From IMG/VR virus record IMGVR_UViG_2974586480_000001: a stretch of DNA of 38,915 bases; one strand, written 5' to 3'. Below are positions 33,701 through 38,915 of the stretch, in pieces. The notes under the pieces are model-generated. The model saw nothing but the letters and a program-made list of their open reading frames with translations. It made no database searches and was not told the origin of the DNA. The position numbers were made by a program, and so were the translations under genes. Position 1 is the first letter of the stretch. Every line of letters begins with the position of its first letter. This DNA is from a virus (Duplodnaviria; Heunggongvirae; Uroviricota; Caudoviricetes).

Positions 33701-35043
33701 TTGGATAACGTACTTGACAAATCTTCATATTTAGTAAGAGTGTCATCAGACACTGACCATGGATCCAATTTTTTCTGCCCAACAAGCTCATCTATGCGGT
33801 TGTCAATAGATGTTTGATTAGCATGAAAGTTACCAAGAACTTTATTTAGAGTCTCTGTACCTTTTTCTTGAACTTGTTTAAAATGGGATTCTCTAGTTTC
33901 ACCAGCAACTTTAGCTTTTTGATTACGTAATACAGATGGTCTGGCCTCTTCGTTCAGTGCAGCAGTTTTTCCAACAGCTTCTGGGGATAGGTTGAAATCC
34001 ATACCAGCAAATTTCTTAGCACCAGTTCTTCCCAAATCGCTTGTGTAATTGTAATTAAAAGCTGCATCTGTTAAACCAATGTTATTATCTGTTGCAAGAA
34101 TGTAAGCATTCATCTTAGCTGCTTCACCAGCATTCTTTGCAGACAGGTTTGTGAATGCAGAAATTGATTCTGCTCTTTCATCAGGGGTGACTGCTTCACG
34201 AGCCTTCTGTTTTAATGCTTCAGCAGCATTAGAGTATTCAGTAAAGTTATCAGCAAAAGTTGGATCTAAGTTTACTTTATGATCACTTTGGATCTTAACA
34301 GTATCCTTGATAGCTTTTTCACCAGCCTTGTTAACAACATACTGACCAGCCCTATTTAATCCGCGTAGACCTTGACCAAAAGCTGCACCACCAAGTAGGG
34401 CTTCTGCGTAACCTTCTTGCCAATCTTTACCAGCAGCTAAGTTAGTGGCCACCTGAGAACCAGCTGATGATGCAGCATCTTCCACAACTTCAGCAGCGAT
34501 TTTCTGAACCGGTCTTCTTGCGAGACCAGCAAATTTTGAACCTAACCCACCACTCGCTAAGTCAATAACACCGGTAGCAGCAGCTCCTAGTTTAGCGCTT
34601 TGGGGGTCATATTCACCACGCAGTCTATCTTGTTCTGACAGAATATCACCATAAGACATCCCAGATGCAATACCAGCACCAGCTATTGGGTTAACCATAC
34701 CAGCACCGATAGCAGGGGCGTACTGAGCACCAGCAGCAGCGAATCTACCAACTGTTCCCAGTTTAGACTCTTCTGCTAGGGCTTCTCTTGCGGCTTGTCT
34801 ACCAACTCTTTTAGAGTAGTTAGATGCATCTGGATCTGTTGTAGAAGTAGCCGCTATATGTGCCAGTCCAGATAAAACCCTCTGACCGGCAGCTCTTCCT
34901 ACTCCACTTAAACCACCTTCACCAAGGAACCAACCTGGGTCTTCCTCTCCAGCTGAATCAGTGGGATTAGCTGTAGGTGAAGCAGGGGGCTCATACCCCC
35001 TGTTCAATTCTTTCAGTAAGTCTGGATCTGTAATATAGTTCAT
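30703..35043 (-). CDS. Large probable internal virion (ejection) protein, 1446 aa
   Basis: Very long, Ala/Lys/Glu-rich helical protein with a Pro-rich linker, at the end of a tail/ejection gene block. Function is inferred from size and position. Confidence 0.6.
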   Translation of the reverse strand: MNYITDPDLLKELNRGYEPPASPTANPTDSAGEEDPGWFLGEGGLSGVGRAAGQRVLSGLAHIAATSTTDPDASNYSKRVGRQAAREALAEESKLGTVGRFAAAGAQYAPAIGAGMVNPIAGAGIASGMSYGDILSEQDRLRGEYDPQSAKLGAAATGVIDLASGGLGSKFAGLARRPVQKIAAEVVEDAASSAGSQVATNLAAGKDWQEGYAEALLGGAAFGQGLRGLNRAGQYVVNKAGEKAIKDTVKIQSDHKVNLDPTFADNFTEYSNAAEALKQKAREAVTPDERAESISAFTNLSAKNAGEAAKMNAYILATDNNIGLTDAAFNYNYTSDLGRTGAKKFAGMDFNLSPEAVGKTAALNEEARPSVLRNQKAKVAGETRESHFKQVQEKGTETLNKVLGNFHANQTSIDNRIDELVGQKKLDPWSVSDDTLTKYEDLSSTLSNLSTLSNSYLAGKDVSSKIERQSRRAMELATELGEIDNLKGFDGKPGSFNPIMDVMTASHLEKMLTSEYPAFHHGVPQVSREKAGVQPSGAQGALGLGTMILAPAAMPLVATRALVRRGAELAGATKSQRRIRKAKETTAKRGAEIAEFARQIQAKQPTVKESAVDEAIVRGDPEVAARASESALADEGIIVPEPSIKRVTPEENERLWREAGIARQPARIEPTIEPTPEPIAEPTKAPTISPEVMAKPRKETGKERRKRERYERRAAREVQAAPDAVVETPPVKRAVDTTAARKPTKPVSEAPTEVVDEITTVTKKAPDQRAARKPTKPAPVEEVPIIKEEPVVTPEPTPEVAPRREVDLEMAKAKKTAPVKEEVVEPVEEPTVTESRVKAEDVSRAPRKPVAEEVVEPEPTPRVEEETAPEATPERKFVDLVTKPMRARIEELEKTPSGKLDRRLATELGSLREKERTINRTLEDVAREEKVSQDVVARHLHDAGGLESLGPKFKAELKASIKAEKSRITQEARQKAKDLKAKLAEESRARREEKKAQAQNEVEAEKARKKAEIEAESAKKDLEKAKATTGFSTMAQAKETLTDLAGKNAPEDVKKIIDNFTREVTGSDKGPTVAQMRSTINKIIELTEKAKKAEIDLAKAEKKRYEEWLEKGQADFTVDEAAYKARKDQLQQRLKKNLEQAKRDKGPRTLVQKEIERIQKEHNKEVKRLDEWLKRGSLDRTVQEAEFKQKAAEIKQKLQDYDKRIEANKKYAEKVDKTDRVIANASEKVRITSEAAKPSQKAPESKPKEDIKEEVKRAEEATQKEFDKATEEELREVAKHYSSEYLDSDMSPDDLAQTAGIMKGISKETSDDKVKAVTTELSKLFEEAAIRKAEFPDNPETWITSDMFNRVKAERFGDADQSWVGSLAQNLTKSIMGKGVQPNKLKTESEVKKLIADKERFENMSPEEKASLKSKTKASGALAGKARAKGISQAPKKKGRLIEFVG

Positions 35044-35045
35044 AA

Positions 35046-36611
35046 TTACTCCTTAAACATTGGCACAGGGAACCAACCTGTTCCGTCGTTCGCATATGCC
35101 TGACCCTTAACCATTCTCAGACCCTTCAAAGCACCTGAAGAGTACATTTGTACAGCTTGTCTTATTTGATCTGATGAATCAGGGTTCATAGAAATAGTAA
35201 CAACTTCACGAGCTTGACGCTTCATATCTTGTTGTTGAGGTGTATCTGTTGGGCGTGGGAAGTAAATGTTACCCATATTTAGCCATTCACTATGGGATAC
35301 AGCAGCACCGGAATCCTTACGCATCACAGGGGCTAACCACTCTTTCTCATAAACTACGGCAGTTGTTAAATCTGGATCCATGGTTCTTGCCATTTCAATT
35401 TGCATTGGATCACCAGATGCAGCAAGTTTAGTAACAGCGGCGTTTTCAAATCTTGCAGCTGTCTCACCACCTGGAACCCATGTAGAGACACCTTTAGGTG
35501 CATACAAATTCTGTGGCATATCTTGCATAACTGTTTCGTAGTTTTTAAGACCTTGCTGTGCACGTAGATAGTGGTTTCTAGCCTTCTCCAACCCTTCTGT
35601 ATACTTCTGACCAGCAACAGCTCTTTTAGAGGCAAGTTCGCCTTTACGAAGTTCTAGCTCTTGCTGAGAGATACCCAACCTAGCCTTATCCAGCCCAAGT
35701 TGTTCCATCTTATAATCTCTTTCGAATCGACGATCATCCGATGCAATCTTGTCATCATAAGCTTGACGTTTACGTGCATATTCACGCATTTCAGGACTAG
35801 ACTCATACAATGCTTGATCAAGTTGAGCCTGAGCAAGGTTAAATTGCTGAAGCTTCATCTTCTTCTCCATTGGATCTGTCAAGTCTTTTGCATTACCGGT
35901 TTGAATCCATTGCTGAATTTCAGCATCACTATAACCCTGTTTTCGAAGATCTTCTGCCCACGCTTCTCTTTTCTCTTTGCCATACATATCTGTAAAAGTT
36001 CTTCCAGCTAAATTAAAAGATGTAGCTAGATCATTCCCAGAGAGAAGGTTTAATCCAAAGTTTATAAGAGAGTAGCTAAAAGCATCACTATCATGCCAAG
36101 TTGGGACTTTTGTTTGGTCAAAAGAAACCTGTGTACCCCAGTCGTCAAGTTGCTGTGCAAACTGTTGTGCAGGGGGTAATTCAGGTGGGGCTTCTTCTAG
36201 ACCTGTTACCCTGTCACCAGTACCAGACATTTTATTACTTGTTTTTTCCTTCAAGTAAGTAATTTGTGGATCTTCTTGTAAACCACTCTCCATTTGTTTA
36301 GGAGGCTTAGTGGCTTGGGAGACATTACTGGTTGGTGGTAAGTTCTGAGTAGGCATTGTTGGATTAGCTTTCACAGCCTGCTGAGGAGAAAGAACCCCAC
36401 TCTCAGGGGCTTGAACTTTATCAGGTGTAGGGAAAGATGTAGATGAAAACTCTTTCTGAATACCTACTGTTGGGGGTGTATCTGTTACAGCTTGATGTGC
36501 AGCTGCGAACCCCCTACCAAACATTTCCCCAGCTACGTCAGATAGGCCCATCCCAAGAGGGTAGGGCCCAGCATCTTTATTTACTTGAATTTTGTCATCA
36601 AAGTACCCCAT
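35046..36611 (-). CDS. Probable internal virion/DNA-injection protein, 521 aa
   Basis: Q/A-rich coiled-coil protein in the ejection-protein position. Confidence 0.55.
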   Translation of the reverse strand: MGYFDDKIQVNKDAGPYPLGMGLSDVAGEMFGRGFAAAHQAVTDTPPTVGIQKEFSSTSFPTPDKVQAPESGVLSPQQAVKANPTMPTQNLPPTSNVSQATKPPKQMESGLQEDPQITYLKEKTSNKMSGTGDRVTGLEEAPPELPPAQQFAQQLDDWGTQVSFDQTKVPTWHDSDAFSYSLINFGLNLLSGNDLATSFNLAGRTFTDMYGKEKREAWAEDLRKQGYSDAEIQQWIQTGNAKDLTDPMEKKMKLQQFNLAQAQLDQALYESSPEMREYARKRQAYDDKIASDDRRFERDYKMEQLGLDKARLGISQQELELRKGELASKRAVAGQKYTEGLEKARNHYLRAQQGLKNYETVMQDMPQNLYAPKGVSTWVPGGETAARFENAAVTKLAASGDPMQIEMARTMDPDLTTAVVYEKEWLAPVMRKDSGAAVSHSEWLNMGNIYFPRPTDTPQQQDMKRQAREVVTISMNPDSSDQIRQAVQMYSSGALKGLRMVKGQAYANDGTGWFPVPMFKE

Positions 36612-37041
36612 TAGTGGCCTCCTCTGTTACAGTCTCATCTTGGGCAGGAGGAAGAACCCCCTGTTCTCCCTGAGGCATCTGTTTAGAGTACCCCTGCCTG
36701 TGGTCATTAATATATTGTTCTAATCTTTGTTTAGCGATTGGTAAAGGCATCATACCTTTATCAACCATCTTCTTTAAACCCATGGCAAGCTTTGTGAAGT
36801 TTTCCATCATTGGTGTGAAGTTTGGATCTTCAGCACGGAATCTTTCAGAGTTCATAAAGAAATCTGACTTCATATAATCTGGAGTTTCTTCTGGTGCTTC
36901 TTGAGGCATTGGACTTGGCCCCGCTAAGGTTTCAGCTTGTCTCTGAGGTCTTTGAAGGAGCGGGTTTGATTGAGCAGTAGTTTCAATCTTTGCCTGCTGA
37001 AGCTCCTTCATACGTTGTTCATAAAAAGTTTCAGTGGCCAT
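36598..37041 (-). CDS. Probable virion-associated protein, 147 aa
   Basis: ORF in the - strand structural operon; SD GAGGT. Confidence 0.55.
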   Translation of the reverse strand: MATETFYEQRMKELQQAKIETTAQSNPLLQRPQRQAETLAGPSPMPQEAPEETPDYMKSDFFMNSERFRAEDPNFTPMMENFTKLAMGLKKMVDKGMMPLPIAKQRLEQYINDHRQGYSKQMPQGEQGVLPPAQDETVTEEATNGVL

Positions 37042-37052
37042 ATCAATACCTC

Positions 37053-37817
37053 TTATTTAACGCCCTTATATGTGGGCTCTGTGTAAACACGCATGTACTC
37101 TTTCTCAAGTAGCGGATTTCGATAAAGCTTACTATCAAAACCACTCCATCTACCACCTTGTGGTGCACCCATTGAAACAGGTTGTTGTTGTTGTTGTTTC
37201 TCTGGAGTTTGTAAGTTCTGAGCCATTTGTGCAAATTTACCCCAATCAAAAGTCTTTGCAGCAGTTGTAGCACCACCACCAAGTTGACCACCACCAGCGG
37301 CAGCGGCTTGACCAAAAGCTGTTGTTGGTGTATAAGCAGTTGCACCAAATGCTCCTGGTGCAGAAACTGATGGGGCAGCCGCAGCGGCACTTTGACCGAA
37401 AGCAGTGGAAGGGGCATAAGCGGAACTTCCCAAGCTTAATTGGGCCCCTCCACCCCATCCACCAGTAGCAGTGGCTGGTGCTCCACTAAATCCAGCAAAA
37501 CCACCACCTGCACCACCACCCGCAGCACTTCCACCCCCGGCAGCCATAGCAGGGGCTGCTAAAATCCCACCAATAATAGCTCCAGCAACAGCATCACTGT
37601 TCTCGGTAAGTTTGTTATGACCGCCCAATGGAGTGGTTATTGTATCCGACATCATATCTTGGTGTCTTCCGAAAGAACCTGTGAACTGATCCCAAGACTC
37701 CCCGATATCACCCTTCAAAAGTGGTTTACCCACGTTCTTAGTTTCATCCCACATCCACTTAGCTTCGTTGATTGGATGTTTTAGGATCCCCTCTAACCCT
37801 TTAAAAAAATTAGCCAT
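37053..37817 (-). CDS. Gly/Ala-rich probable pilot/ejection protein, 254 aa
   Basis: Hydrophobic GAIIGGILAAPA segment followed by a long G/A-rich tract, typical of small podovirus ejection proteins. Confidence 0.55.
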   Translation of the reverse strand: MANFFKGLEGILKHPINEAKWMWDETKNVGKPLLKGDIGESWDQFTGSFGRHQDMMSDTITTPLGGHNKLTENSDAVAGAIIGGILAAPAMAAGGGSAAGGGAGGGFAGFSGAPATATGGWGGGAQLSLGSSAYAPSTAFGQSAAAAAPSVSAPGAFGATAYTPTTAFGQAAAAGGGQLGGGATTAAKTFDWGKFAQMAQNLQTPEKQQQQQPVSMGAPQGGRWSGFDSKLYRNPLLEKEYMRVYTEPTYKGVK

Positions 37818-37826
37818 ACTATCTCC

Positions 37827-38915
37827 TTAAACTGCTCTATAAACAGTCCAATCACCATTAGAACCACCATCAGCCTGCCAAGCACCACTTCCTAGGCCAT
37901 GACTGTTGTCCATATAACCTTCTAACTCCAATTGTCCAGAGTACCCAGCGGGCAACGTTCCAGATAATGAAATGGTAACAGATACTCCATCATTTATGTT
38001 CGATAGATAGTTCATACCATAACCTGATGCTACAATGGCATTAGTATCTTTTCTTCTGAGTCTAAGAAACACTCTACCAAAGCCAAACAAAACAACCATC
38101 GGCCTATTGACTAAGATGAAAGAATTTTGCTGTAAGGCTTGGCTTATTGAAAAAGTCTCCAGTGTTATAACCTGCCCTGTGGTAACTTTAGATCTAGAAA
38201 CACATGGGAATGTATTACCACTACCACCAACACCAGTAAAAGTGTCTGCACTCAAGTTGCCCCTTACAATAACATTCTGGAAATTGGCATAACCATCTTT
38301 TGTGATAGCCCAACCAACATTAGAACCGTTCCAGTTATCAGAGGCAATAGTACCTACAGCTGCATTTTTTATCTTAGTAATACCACCAACAACTTCAAAA
38401 GGTGCACCATTATTGTTTGTACCATCACTGATTATAAACTGATCTGCCTGAACAGCAAAGGATGTTTGATTTCCATTATTGTTTAATTGAATACCAGTAA
38501 TTTTATTATTAACGTTTACCCTCACACCCCACTTAGCTTCCACTGCATTAACTTCATTATCTATTCGGTTGATATTAGTTGTAGCATAAGTTTGAACAGC
38601 AGCTATATCACCTTCTAACTCACTCTTAACAGTTGTTATTTGTGATGCCAGGGCAGAGTCTCCGTTGGCTCTAGCCGTAGCTTCAGAAGTTATTGATGCG
38701 TTTATCACAACATCAGCAGCTTTATAATTAGCATCAACAGTTGAGATCTGTGTAGCTAAAGCAGAATCAGCAGTAGATCTTGCAGTTGCCTCATTCTGAA
38801 TAGAAGATGTAAGTGTGGCATCTGCTGCCTTATATTCCGTCTCAACAGTTGTAACCTTGTTTGCCAAAGCACTTGTAGCATTTGACTGTACAGTATTGTA
38901 GTCCTCTATTTTTGC
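37827..38915 (-). CDS. Tail fibre/host-specificity protein, C-terminal part (begins beyond the window)
   Basis: Frame open to base 38915. Coiled-coil repeats (EATAR..DSALA.QI.TV) followed by a KWGVRV..ITGIQL..FAVQADQF lambda J/DUF1983-like segment. Confidence 0.75.
   Translation of the reverse strand, partial: AKIEDYNTVQSNATSALANKVTTVETEYKAADATLTSSIQNEATARSTADSALATQISTVDANYKAADVVINASITSEATARANGDSALASQITTVKSELEGDIAAVQTYATTNINRIDNEVNAVEAKWGVRVNVNNKITGIQLNNNGNQTSFAVQADQFIISDGTNNNGAPFEVVGGITKIKNAAVGTIASDNWNGSNVGWAITKDGYANFQNVIVRGNLSADTFTGVGGSGNTFPCVSRSKVTTGQVITLETFSISQALQQNSFILVNRPMVVLFGFGRVFLRLRRKDTNAIVASGYGMNYLSNINDGVSVTISLSGTLPAGYSGQLELEGYMDNSHGLGSGAWQADGGSNGDWTVYRAV

Noticed and set aside
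1-38915. CRISPR array, integrase or IS element
   Set aside because: No regularly spaced repeats, recombinase or transposase motifs seen; the repeats present are tRNA spacers, terminators and coding repeats.
1-38915. Stop-codon reassignment
   Set aside because: No suppressor anticodon among the tRNAs, and core genes are full length under the standard code.

Overview
Part of a lytic dsDNA bacteriophage genome, not a bacterial chromosome. The + strand (about 1-30.7 kb) carries replication and nucleotide-metabolism genes: T7 gp4-like primase-helicase, a family A DNA polymerase split into a stand-alone 3'-5' exonuclease gene and a distant polymerase gene, dcd, nrdD/nrdG, nrdA/nrdB, thioredoxin, thyX, PhoH, dNMP kinase, ATP-dependent ligase, 5'-3' exonuclease, endonuclease I, SSB-like protein, an ECF-like sigma factor, an adenine methyltransferase, Dps, NADAR and a lysozyme. 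A ~3.3 kb tRNA array (15.6-18.8 kb) holds 19 intact tRNAs. A convergent - strand block (30.7-38.9 kb) encodes probable virion ejection proteins and the end of a tail fibre. The split polymerase plus phage sigma factor suggests a phiEco32-like or Grimontviridae-like podovirus (inference, no database search run). The most unusual signals are in the tRNA array: a tRNA-His gene cleanly split in its T-loop by a 393-nt insert encoding an HNH endonuclease, an orphan tRNA 5' half, a second frameshifted HNH, and several structured non-tRNA elements. These include two tRNA mimics lacking a normal anticodon arm and a recurring helix plus CAGCAA motif. All annotations come from motif recognition and manual base-pairing only.
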